A DNA stretch of 64,000 nucleotides, taken from the NCBI GenBank assembly GCA_043228905.1, contig JBHGNT010000018.1, positions 16,492,001 through 16,556,000 on the forward strand. The letters are read 5' to 3'. Below the pieces are notes generated by a model. It saw only the letters and a list, made by a program, of their open reading frames with translations, ran no database searches and was not told the DNA's origin. Below, piece by piece: positions 50,900 through 62,042 of the stretch. Within the stretch, counting starts at the first letter, position 1. Every line of letters starts with the position of its first letter. The position numbers and the translations under genes are program-made. Origin of the DNA: Azolla caroliniana (taxonomy: Eukaryota; Plantae; Polypodiophyta).

Positions 50900-51940
50900 A
50901 TTAGCCATGTCCACTTTCGCTTTATCATAACCTCAAAAAACATGCTTCGACCCCCACACCATCTTCACTCATCCTTATCCCACAAAAAAATTCTTCATCA
51001 AGTCCGCATCAACCATCTCGCCGATTATCACCACTTTCCTGTACAAATAACAAACAAAATAAATCTATAGTGTTTCCTCATCCCCTCATGATCTGCTTCG
51101 GCCCCACACCATCATCACTCAGCCTCTCGTCATGTCAATATTCATTATTCATATGCTTCAATCCCTACCACCACATCAACATTGCTCATCCTAATGATCA
51201 ACATTAATCTTCTTCATTCAATAGCTCGAGCTCGCCAACTCACCGATTTCCATCAACATCCTGTATAGACAATAGAAATTTAGTGTAAACAGTTTCCTCA
51301 CGTACTCATGATAATCTGCTTTAACCCCGGCACCATCTTCACTCATCCTTATCCCTCAAAAAAAAAAATATTCTCAAGTCCACATCAACCATCTTGCCAT
51401 CTCACCAATTTCCATCAACATCCTGTATAGACAACAAAAATTTACTGTAAACAATTTCCTCACCTACTCATGATAATCTGCTTCAACCCCCACACCATCT
51501 TCACTCATCCTTATCCCTCAAAAGAGTTTGCTTCTTAAGTCCACATCAACCATCTTGCCGATTACCACCAAGTTCCTGTACAAATAACACCACATTGAGT
51601 ATAGAATGTTTTCTCATCCCCTCATATATTTGCTTTAGCCTCCACACCATCAACACTCATCCTCTCATCATGGCAGTATGCTATAAAGACAAATAACTAC
51701 GTGACAAAAACGACAACTAGATCTTGTTTGTTGTCATCCCTAAGAACCTAAAATCTTCTTCATTTTGTCCACATCAACATCTCGCCCGACCAACTTGCCA
51801 TGTCACCGACTACCACCAACATCCTGTATGAACAGCAAAAACAATGAGTCTAAAAAAATTCCTCTCGTTATGACAATCTACTTCAACCCCCACAACAACA
51901 TCACTTATCATGACAAAAAACATCACTCATCTATGTTAAG
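50900..51940. repeat. Degenerate complex tandem repeats in the hAT 5' region
   Basis: CACCATCTTCACTCATCCTTATCCC and AAGTCC(A/G)CATCAACCATCT recur at ~50955, 51330 and 51490, with variants. Confidence 0.8.
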
Positions 51941-54900
51941 TCATGTTGTTTGTTGTGAACGGTTACTTGCGGAAGCGTTAGAAAACAGAGAAAGTAGGGA
52001 ATACAAGGAGTACACAGGAGAGACAGAGAGAGCAGAACGTAAGAGCTATATTCAAAACGATATAATCACTCTGTTACATACAATTGTGCTCAGTAGCACT
52101 ATTTATACAAGTTCTCATGGGACTGACAGAAGTACTGCGTACTTCAATGCTCACACGAGCTTCTGACACTTACTACGAGACTATAATTGCCTAGTAGTCT
52201 AAACTAATATTCGGCTTCCGGTTACCGATTGGATCCGGCTAACCGACTCCCCAACTCACCGGCTTTGTTGCTTGCCGGTTCGGTTGCTTGCGGCTTACCG
52301 ATCCGTCTTGCTTGCCGGCTCAGGCTTATTGAGCCGATCCGGCTCTAGTTGAGCTTGCCGCTCAACACTCCCCCTCAAGCTCAACTTGAGGTTGGATCCT
52401 AGTGTCAGTCTCTGTGGCAGTCGGTTCTTCCAACCGACTTCTCCTGGCGTCACTCCGCCTTGCTCGCGCTACTCGTCCGGTTAGGTTCTGTTTGCCGCGA
52501 CCCCTCTTGTTCTGCGCGCCTCGACCTTCTCGGTCGGTATGTCTGCTCAATAGGCCCCTCTCAGCTCCTCGCTGCTATGACTCCGACGCTTATCGATCCG
52601 TCGGTTCCTCCGCGATGGCATTGACTTCCGCTGCATCTGTGTCTGCTTGGCCTTGAATTGATCCGGTTCTTCCAAATCTATCTTTTGAGCCGAATCGACT
52701 GTCTCCGATTCGTTCCAGCTCTTGTTTGAATCGGTTGCTCCCGATTCGTCTTCTGGTTCCAAGCCCTTCACCACATCGGACCATGTCCGAGTCTTGTCCT
52801 TCTTCCTTCGGTCATCTCTGTCCTTCTTGACTCTGCCGCCTTCTGTTCTTCCCTCACCGACGCAATCGGCAGTCTCTTTGCCTTTGCCCATTCCGGTGTC
52901 TTTGCTCGTCCTCCCCCTCAAGTGTGGCACGTCGAGTTGCTGAACACCAAGAATTTCGGTGAAGTGTTGCAACTTGTCTAATCCGAGCGGCTTGGTGAAG
53001 ATGTCGGCAACTTGTCGATCCGTGTGAACATACCGAAGTTCGACCTCACCGCTCAGGACACGCTCACGCACGAAGTGATAGTGCACTTCTATGTGCTTTG
53101 TGCGAGCATGGAATATGGTGTTCTTGGCGAGTTGCATGCTGCTTATGTTGTCGCAGTAGACCAGAATCGGGGTCAGTACCTCGATCTGTAGGTCTTGCAG
53201 CAGTCACTGAAGCCAAATGGCTTCACAGGTGGCAATGGTAGCGCCCCAATACTCAGCCTCAATGCTCGACAGAGTAACTGTTGGCTGCTTTTTGCTGCTC
53301 CACACAACAACCGCGCTACCTACGGAAAACATATAACCGGAGGTTGATCGACGATCTGATGCATCGCCGGCCCAGTCGGCATCCGTGTAACCGACGAGCT
53401 CTTCGGTTATACCTCATCGATATAACAGTCCCCGGTCCTTCGTGCCGCTTACATATCGCAATATCCGTTGCGAGCACTGAAGGTGCTCCACGGTCAGCTT
53501 CTGCATGAATTGACTTATCATTCTGACCGGATAGCTGATGTCGGGTCGAGTGATGGTCAGGTAAATAAGGCTTCCAACAATCTGTCGGAACCGTTGCTCG
53601 TTGCAGGCCGGTCCGGAGTTGGGACGAAGCTTCTGGTTCCGGTCCAAGGGTGTGGAGACAGGTCGGCATTCTGTCATGCCGAACTTGTACAGCATATTCA
53701 AGACGTAATGTCATTGTGAGAGCAATATGCCGTCCGGGGTTCGGATCACATCGATCCCTAGAAAATAATGAAGGTCCCCTAGATCCTTCATCTCAAATGC
53801 GTCCAACAACTGGGATTTGACGTGGTTGATTTCTGGAACTCCTGGTCCGGTGATGACTAGATCATCAACATACAGCAGTATACATACCGGACTGGCTGAG
53901 CCTTGCCGGATGAACAATGAAGAGTCCAATTTGGAGGCCACAAACCCCATCTTACGAAACCGGTGCGTGATCTTCGCATTCCAAGCTCGAGGGGCTTGCT
54001 TTAGGCCGTACAACGACTTCTTCAGCCGGCATACCGCCGACTTGTTCATCTCTGATTCAAAGCCGGGGAGTTGAGTCATAAAGACTTCTTCTTCAAGATC
54101 ACCCTGAACAAAATGCATTCTTCGCATCCATCTAGTGAAGATGCCACCCTCTTGCTGCAGCAACCACCAGCACCACACGAACCGTCGTCATCTTCGCTAC
54201 CGGAGCGAAGGTCTCGTCGTAGTCGATTCCGTGGGTCTACGCGTATCCCTTCGCCACTATCTGGGCTTTATACCGGTTAACAGAACCGTCGGCGTTGTAC
54301 TTTACCTTGTATATCCACTTGCATCCGATCGGTTTACAGTGACAAGGAGGGTCAACCAGGTCCCATGTCTTGTTGACATCAAGTGCCCGCATTTCTTCTT
54401 CCATAGCGGCACGCCAATTTGCGTCCTTGGCCGCTTCTGCATAGCTCTCCGGCTCACGCACTTCCGCCACCTTAGTCATGTACGCATAGTGATGCGCCAT
54501 GTACTCATTCTACCCGTACCGCTGTCATGAAGATTTTCGGCAATAGTGTGAAAATCCCATAAAACGTACGAAATCGAGTATGAATCACGTAGTACAATAA
54601 TTGTGAAGATAACATTTTAAATAGATTTAATATCTAATTACAAAATGATGGAGGTTTCGAATGCACTTTATTACACGAGAAACGGACAACTAAATGTCAA
54701 GATATGAGGGTATAACGTTTGTAAAAGGAAAGGAGAAAATTGTGAGATATCCCACATAGGCACGACAAATACAACTCTCATCATATATAAGGTGGAGCAA
54801 AAGATATTATCTTTGTGTCTATGTGTGGAGCATAGAGAGTTCAAGGTAACTTGAACTAAGAGTGGAGGTGGGCTAGCTACTCGTAAAGAGTTTTGGCCAA

Positions 54901-55101
54901 CCAAAACCGGACCGGCGATGGAGCCGGCGACGGTGATCCGGTGGCAATCCAGCGATGGCATCCGGCGAGGCACCGGTAACCGACGGCATCCGGCGACGGC
55001 AACGGTAACCGACGACATCCGGCGACGGTATTCGGCGAACCGGCGTCCGGCGACTAGATAAATAAATATATAAATATATATACATATTTACATATACAAG
55101 G

Positions 55102-55173
55102 AGGGCAAGTAAGGATTCGAACCTTGCACCTCCAAGTTAGGAGTCAATTGGCTTACCATTAAGCCATGCTATT
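55102..55173 (-). promoter_or_regulatory. tRNA-derived Pol III internal promoter (A box + B box) in the 5' LTR
   Basis: The minus strand reads TGGCTTAATGG (A box)...CTCCTAA...AGGTG CAAGG TTCGAAT CCTTA (B box GGTTCGAATCC) with canonical tRNA spacing. The acceptor and anticodon stems do not pair. Confidence 0.7.
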
Positions 55174-55576
55174 TAGTTGAAATTATATTTCTATCATTGT
55201 AGTTTTACATGTAAATTCTCATACATGAGAACTAAAATGAGTGACATGGTTATCATGCACCACATGTAATACATAAGCGCCAAATGGCAAACATGCAATT
55301 TATGCATGTCTTGTACCCTCACATGCATCATATGCATGAGAACATCTATAAAATAGGGAAGGGGGAGGAGAAAAAACACGAGTTTTTTTTATGAAAATTA
55401 AGAGGAAGAAATTCGTTATCAAATCAATCGTGTAATCTCAACTTCTCTCTTTCCCAATCTATCTTAAGTACTTTCTCGCCAAAGCTTGTATCGACTCTAA
55501 ATCCTTCTGGTCCAGAACCCCGGCGGTTCCGCCTCACGATCCACGCGTAGTGACGGATCTTCACGACATAATTAAG

Positions 55577-55594
55577 TGGTGAACCCGACGTGAA
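55577..55594 (+). promoter_or_regulatory. Primer binding site complementary to tRNA-Trp
   Basis: TGGTGAACCCGACGTGAA is the reverse complement of the 3' 18 nt of plant cytosolic tRNA-Trp (…UUCACGUCGGGUUCACCA, recalled). It lies 8 nt after the LTR end. Confidence 0.85.
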
Positions 55595-55629
55595 AGAGGC
55601 AGTAGGAAGGATCAAATCAAGATTAATAC

Positions 55630-57834
55630 TTGGAGATGGCGTCCTCAAGCAACCAAGCAGGAGAGCTCGAAAGGATGATGCTAATCATTGAGCAAATGAT
55701 GAGATCTCAGGACAACAGCGCGAGCGTGGAGAAGGCTGTCGATCGTGTCATAGAGCTCGAGGGCCAATTCGATGGAAGGAACGTTACGAAGTTCCTTGAT
55801 GCATATAGAAGGGAGATGAATCAAAGGGACGTGTCTGAGGCACGTCAAATCGCAAGCTTCAAGAGAGTTGTCGCCAACAACATCCAAAGACGCGTCATCG
55901 AGCTTCAAGAAGGTAAGACAACATGGTCCGAGTTCGAGAAAATGATACTAGCGGAGTTCGTGACTAAAGACTCAACGAGGATGACACGACATGCCTTGAT
56001 GAAGTGGATAGAGAAGAAGAATAAGAAGATGAGCGTCTCGAGGGTGTACGACGAATTCGACCAGATGTTTAGTCGTCTCCCCAATACGGACCAAGTGTTG
56101 CTTGAAGAGGACAAGACTTTGTACTTCTTGAAGGTCGTGGACATAAAGGATAGACGGGAGTTGGGGACTCTTCTCGAAGATGATACCCAAGCAAATGGGC
56201 TCGTAGCGGACTGGATTGCGGTGAAGCGGGCATGCAATAGGCTCGACAAGCGTCGCGAATGGGTTGATTACACCGACTTGATGGGACCGACTACCACGGA
56301 GAAAGCAAGACCGCCGAAAGTAGCTGAGCCGCCAAGACAAAGTAACGTGGAAGAAAAGAAGATTGATGACGACATCATTGAAGAGCTAGCGAAGAAGTTC
56401 GAGAAGGTCACGCTAGCCAACATGAATCGTCGGGGCCCTAAAGGAAAAGAACCCTTTAGATGCGTGTGGTGCGATAGTATGGACCACATGAGAAGGGATT
56501 GTGCGAGCCTTCGAGAGGCAATTCGACAAAATATCGTATACATAGAGGACAACATGATCTGCTCAAGCGAGACTAGAAGACCCCTACGGGTGAATTTCGG
56601 AAGAGGAGGAATGAAGAGATCTATGGAGGATGCCGATGCGACTCATGTGGATGCAATGCACTATGTTGCGTCGGCCGGAATAAGAGTCAGGAAAGACAAG
56701 ACTGAAGCTGCTAGAGCGGGAGCAAAGTTTTGGACTTCCGTTCTCGAATATGAGAAGAAGGGAAAAATCACATCGAACGAGGTAGAGCTTGCGGACCGAA
56801 GCGTGCAAAGCATAACCGGGTGGTCGGATCCGGTGGACGACAACACCATACTCGCAGAGGTGATGTGCGACAACCACGAAGTGTTCGTCGAAGAAAAGAG
56901 AAAGAGAATAGAAGAGCAAGGGCCATCAAAAAGACATGAAACAAGGAACGCGAAAAAGAAGGACGATGCGGAGACAAGTCGACCTTTACAAACGGAGGAA
57001 CGAGAATCAAGCCGAAAAGGGGAGCCGAGCATACGAATTGAAGAAACGGTTCGGCCCGTGAAGGTTGGTGTCGAAGACCCCGCTCGGAGGACAAGGACTA
57101 TACCTACCTATAAGCTAAGGTCGGACATAGAGCAGACGACGGACCTAAAGAAGATTCTCGAAGAACGAGTTCTTGATAGCCACGTAACTTTGTCCTTGAG
57201 GGAATTGCTAGGCATTACGAAGAAGGAGTTCCATGACACGATCGTGGACCTTGTAAAGAGAAAGAGACAACAATCGGACGAGGAAGAAGAGAAGCCGCAA
57301 AAAGCAAAAACGAATGCCATAACGATGGCAAGAGACGAAATCGATGAAGATATGGTGGACAGCCACTACACTCGACCTCATTGGGCACGAGCGACAACGG
57401 AGACGCCGGTGAAGATCGGGGAGAAGAAAGAGACCGTGGTAGCCTTGATCGACCACGGCTCGGAGATCAACCTCATGTCAACCGACTTCTACAAAAAAGG
57501 AAGATGGCCAATCAATACAAACCACGGATGGAAGATTCGCGCGGCAACAAAGTCTACGGAAGATTTGTACGGAGCTTGTCCCAATGTCAAAGTCACGATC
57601 GGGGATGTGGAGATGGATCAACACTTCTTCGTACAAGAATCGGCGTCACATCCTGTCACCCTAGGGCAACCTTATATCACATCATCTCGGATGGAGACCA
57701 AAGTGTTCGATAATGGAGCAGCCTTCGCACGAATAAAGAGTCTTGACAACCAAAGATCGGTCCAATTCCTAACGGTCCGAGCCAATCATGAAAGGAATCG
57801 AGATAGTCTCGGAGGCGAATCCTCGGATTTTTAG
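55630..57834 (+). CDS. Gypsy Gag-protease polyprotein (intact ORF)
   Basis: 734-aa ORF with gag FDGRNVTKFL, zinc knuckle CVWCDSMDHMRRDC and aspartic protease ALIDHGSEINLM. Confidence 0.9.
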   Translation: MEMASSSNQAGELERMMLIIEQMMRSQDNSASVEKAVDRVIELEGQFDGRNVTKFLDAYRREMNQRDVSEARQIASFKRVVANNIQRRVIELQEGKTTWSEFEKMILAEFVTKDSTRMTRHALMKWIEKKNKKMSVSRVYDEFDQMFSRLPNTDQVLLEEDKTLYFLKVVDIKDRRELGTLLEDDTQANGLVADWIAVKRACNRLDKRREWVDYTDLMGPTTTEKARPPKVAEPPRQSNVEEKKIDDDIIEELAKKFEKVTLANMNRRGPKGKEPFRCVWCDSMDHMRRDCASLREAIRQNIVYIEDNMICSSETRRPLRVNFGRGGMKRSMEDADATHVDAMHYVASAGIRVRKDKTEAARAGAKFWTSVLEYEKKGKITSNEVELADRSVQSITGWSDPVDDNTILAEVMCDNHEVFVEEKRKRIEEQGPSKRHETRNAKKKDDAETSRPLQTEERESSRKGEPSIRIEETVRPVKVGVEDPARRTRTIPTYKLRSDIEQTTDLKKILEERVLDSHVTLSLRELLGITKKEFHDTIVDLVKRKRQQSDEEEEKPQKAKTNAITMARDEIDEDMVDSHYTRPHWARATTETPVKIGEKKETVVALIDHGSEINLMSTDFYKKGRWPINTNHGWKIRAATKSTEDLYGACPNVKVTIGDVEMDQHFFVQESASHPVTLGQPYITSSRMETKVFDNGAAFARIKSLDNQRSVQFLTVRANHERNRDSLGGESSDF

Positions 57835-57887
57835 AGCGGACTATTGAAGCATGGGGCACAAATAGTCTGAGCAATCACAAGACCCCA
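57825..57887 (+). promoter_or_regulatory. Putative -1 programmed ribosomal frameshift signal
   Basis: G GAT TTT (57825-57831) lies directly before the gag-PR TAG. Stem 1 is CGGACTATT/AATAGTCTG and stem 2 is TGGGG/CCCCA. The -1 frame is open into pol. Confidence 0.75.
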
Positions 57888-60800
57888 CAAGAAAGAAGAG
57901 TGCGTGGATTGCAAGGAGAAGCAACATGTGTCACACCTAGTGGCGCATGTAAACTAGTACTACCCGACAAGAAGCACAAGCGCCGGATACAAGAATTCGA
58001 GAAGATGCTGAAAGAAGAGAACATAATAGAAGAAGGAGAGTTCGTGACTCATATTATGGAAGAAGCCTCATTTAACGACACCATCGGCGAAATCGAGGAC
58101 GTCGTGGACTTGAGCTATCTTCACAACCAACGCGTGATTTCGGTTAACTCCGTCAACATGTACGCTATCATCGATGAATACCGTCGTGGCATCTCGATGA
58201 AGGAAGCTGACATCAACACGAAATATAAAACGGTGGATAAGAAGATCACGCCAGTTGCGGTTCCGCTACCGGAAGATAGCTAGCAAAAGATGAAGGAAGT
58301 CGCTAACGATCCAAGCTTAAGAGATCCGAAGAAGATAGGTCATGTCTTCACCAAAGAGACGAAGGGGAAGCTACGAGTTGGAAAGGAGAATTTCCTTCTC
58401 CCTGAAGAGGACCGAATGTTTCGCGATATGCTTGAGAGACATGGGAAGGCTTTCGCATTCTTCCCATGAGAAATCGGATGCGCCGACCCAAAGGTTATAG
58501 AGCCGATGGTGATCTTCACGGTGCCTCATGTGCCTTGGAACTTGAAACCGATACCGGTTCCGAGAGCACACCTTCCGAAGCTGATCGAGCTCTTAAAGGA
58601 GAAGGTGAGTATGGGAATTCTAGAACCGTCAAATGCTCCTTATTCCAATAGGTGGTTCACGGTGCCGAAGAAGAATGGATCATTGCGATTCATCCAAGAT
58701 CTTCAACCCGTCAACAAGGTGACAATTCGAAATGCCGGAATCGGTCCGAGCGTGGACGAATTTGCCGAAGCGTTTGCGGGCCGGTCCATCTACTCCATTG
58801 GCGATCTCTACTCCGGATATGACCAATTCCAATTGGCGATCGACAGTCGGGATATTACAACCATGAGGACTCCGATCGGGCTTGTGCGGATGTGTACCTT
58901 ACCCCAAGGCCCAACGAACTCGGTGGCTCATATGGTGAATGCCATGAATAAAGTCTTGAAGGATTGCATTCCGGACATCACGATGCCATTCTTGGATGAT
59001 ATTCCGATGAAAGGATGTTCGGATGAGGAGAAAGATGAATCGAAAGATAAGGAAGGTTGTAGAAAGTTCGTTGCGGATCATATGAAAGATTGCGAGAAGG
59101 TGCTTCAAAGGCTCGAAGATGCGAATTTAACATTTTCGGGAGAAAAATCCGCATTCGGGCAACCGGAGATCTTGGTGGTAGGTCACTTGTGTGGAGCATA
59201 CGGCCGGAAGCCCTCGCCATCCAAAGTGAACGCAATCCAAGACATGAAAGAAGAATGCGAAAACCAAACGGAGGTTCGAAGGTTCCTTGGAGCGTGCGCG
59301 TTTTATCATATATGGATTCCTCACTACGCTCATGTCGCTGAACCGTTATATGGACTACTAAAGAAAAGAATAAAGTTCGAATGGAGAGACGAGCACACAG
59401 AGGCGATGCGAAGATTAAAGAAACTGCTTCTTGAAGCTCCGGCACTAAGGAAGGCCGACTATGCCGAAGGGAAACCAATTTATGTGACCATAGATACGAG
59501 CCCAACCGGAATCGGGTGGGTCATCAATTAAGAAGGTGAAGATAATGTGCAATATGCCATCCGGTTCGGAGCAAAGGTTCTCAGCGAACGGCAACAAAGA
59601 TATGCCCAAGTCAAGCGGGAACTTTGGGGTATTGTGTCGGCAGTGAAGACGGACAAAGATTACCTGATCGGGTCAGAAGTGATAATAGAGACAGATTGTC
59701 TCCCAATTCTCGGAATGGTCTCGGGATGTGCGACCCCAGATCTTGCTATGCTAAGGTGGATCGCCTACATCAAGTCTTTAAACCCAGAGATCCGTCACAT
59801 CGTAGGGAAGAAGAACGCCATGGCTGACATGCTATCGAGGGCAAGATTTTCAAATGGAAGTAACATGGTTTCGGAAGATGAAGATGTCGCCCTCGACTTC
59901 TTCAAGATGGCTTGATTGTCGGCGGAAGACCAGGACACGCAAACCCTCCACGCCTTCAACGAGAACGAGTACGAAGGAGAATGGTTACTCATCGGTAGAT
60001 TCCTAAGAACATTGACGACAGATGCTTCGTTGACAAAGGAGGAGGCCCTACGAATCCGAAAGAAAGCTTACCGATACTTCTTGAAGGGAGGATTCCTTTG
60101 GCGACATCCAAAAAGAAGGACAGGAATACCACGTCGAGTGGTGGTAAAGAAAGAAGAGCAAGAGACGCTGATGACCGAATTCCACGAGAGTGCTTGGGCA
60201 GGTCATAGAGGAACATGGGCGACGTTCGAAAAATTGAAGGAGAAGTACTGGTGGCCAAGCATGTTTAAAGATGTACTCCATTTCGTGTCCACATGTGAAA
60301 CTTGCCAAATATATTCAAATATACGTCATTGTGATGAGTTAAGGCCGACATACCCACTCACCATTCACTTCAAATGGATGGTGGATCTGGTCTCGATGCC
60401 AATGGGAGTGGGACAAATGAAGTACTTAGCGCTGGCAAGGGAAGACTTGACAAATCAAGTGGAAGGACGAGCCTTGACAAATAAGACGACTTCAGCCGTT
60501 TGTAAATTTTTACTTGAAGATGTTGTTTGCCGATATGGATGTGTAGGGAAGATAGTGGCCGACCGAGGGGAGTTGGACGCGCACGAAGCGACGGAGCTCT
60601 TCGAAAGACTAGGCGTGAAGCTCTCCCTCACGACTGCCTACAATCCGGAAGCAAATGGGAAGATCGAGCGAGGGCATGGACCTATCGTTAAAGCCATCGT
60701 ACGGGCATGCAACGGTCGAGTCGGGAATTGGCCACGACTATTACCCTATGCCTTGTGGGCCGATAGAACGACACATAGCTCAGTGACAGGGTATATGCCG

Positions 60801-61319
60801 ACGGAGCTTATGTATGCACAAAAGCCGATTATGCCCATCGAAAGGACGATCGCCTCATGGGTAGCGATACCGTGGGAGAACGAGATGGGCCGAGAAGAGT
60901 TATTAGCGGCGCGGATAAGGCAACTTGAAAGAAGACCTGAAGATTTAGAAAAAGCGCGAAAGATGATGAAGGCAGCCTGAGTAAAGAACAAAGTTCGGTT
61001 CGACAACACGCATCGACTTCGTCCCAAGAAGATTGAAGAAGGGGATTGGGTTTTGGTTTACAATAGCACCCTTGACAATCAACACAGTACAACAAGGAAG
61101 TTCGCAAGAAGATGGTTCGGGCCGTATGTGGTGACAAGTGCCAACGATAATGCCACATACCACCTTGCGGAACTAGACGGATCAAGGTTGGCCGTACCCA
61201 TTGCGGGAAAAAGAGTAAAGATTTTCAAGAAAAGACAAGACAAGGATCCTGACCTCGATTACCTCGACGATGAACATAATAGGCCAGATGAAAATGAAGA
61301 CATGGAGGAATCTAATTGA
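57828..61319 (+). pseudogene. Gypsy pol (RT-RNaseH-integrase) in the -1 frame, five in-frame stops
   Basis: ORFs 57900, 58506, 59547, 59916 and 61053 share one frame. RT DLYSGYDQ..PFLDDIP, RH IDTSPTGIG..ETDC, IN H..GH..C..C, VDL, ADRGE, NGKIERGH, GPY. Confidence 0.9.
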
Positions 61320-61970
61320 TCATCGTAGCCGAAATCTCACTTCTTCTCTTCTTGGCACGTACCGGAGGACGTGTGGTTTGGTGGGGGTGGATGTCGTGAA
61401 GATTTTCGGCAATAGTGTGAAAATCCCATAAAACGTACAAAATTGAGTATGAATCACGTAGTACAATAATTGTGAAGATAACATTTTAAATAGATTTAAT
61501 ATCTAAGTACAAAATGATGGAGGTTTCGAATGCACTTTATTACACGAGAAACGGACAACTAAATGTCAAGATATGAGGGTATAAAGTTTGTAAAAGGAAA
61601 GGAGAAAATTGTGAGATATCCCACATAGGCACGACAAATACAACTCTCATCATATATAAGGTGGAGCAAAAGATATTATCTTTGTGTCTATGTGTGGAGC
61701 ATAGAGAGTTCAAGGTAACTTGAACTAAGAGTGGAGGTGGGCTAGCTACTCGTAAAGGGTTTTGGCCAACCAAAACCGGACCGGCGATGGAGCCGGCGAC
61801 GGTGATCCGGTGGCAATCCAGCGACGGCATCCGGCGAGGCACCGGTAACCGACGGCATCCGGCGACGGCAATGGTAACCGACGACATCCGGCGACGGTAT
61901 TCGGCGAACCGGCGTCCGGCGACTAGATAAATAAATATATAAATATATATACATATTTACATATACAAGG

Positions 61971-62042
61971 AGGGCAAGTAAGGATTCGAACCTTGCACCT
62001 CCAAGTTAGGAGTCAATTGGCTTACCATTAAGCCATGCTATT
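61971..62042 (-). promoter_or_regulatory. tRNA-derived Pol III internal promoter in the 3' LTR
   Basis: Identical copy of 55102-55173. Confidence 0.7.

Larger units (their letters stand above)
43445..51953 (-). mobile_element. hAT DNA transposon (ZNF862-like transposase pseudogene), interrupted by L1c and Copia D; other end not in window
   Basis: TIR CAGTGTTGGGCAAAGTC at 43445. Transposase motifs (D>N)ESTDVS, GFGSDGAS and HCCAHR (49580-49990); GLNELKTLGNFYG and EYAIFK (48680-48900); C-terminal EYDFSANILLW (~43900-43934). Confidence 0.8.

Noticed and set aside
54671-55085. Antisense ORFs repeated in both Gypsy LTRs
   Set aside because: They arise from GC-rich LTR repeats; the duplication reflects LTR identity and no domain is recognisable.
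55102-55173. Functional tRNA-Arg(CCT) gene
   Set aside because: The acceptor stem (AATAGCA vs CTTGCCC) and anticodon stem do not pair; kept only as a tRNA-derived promoter.
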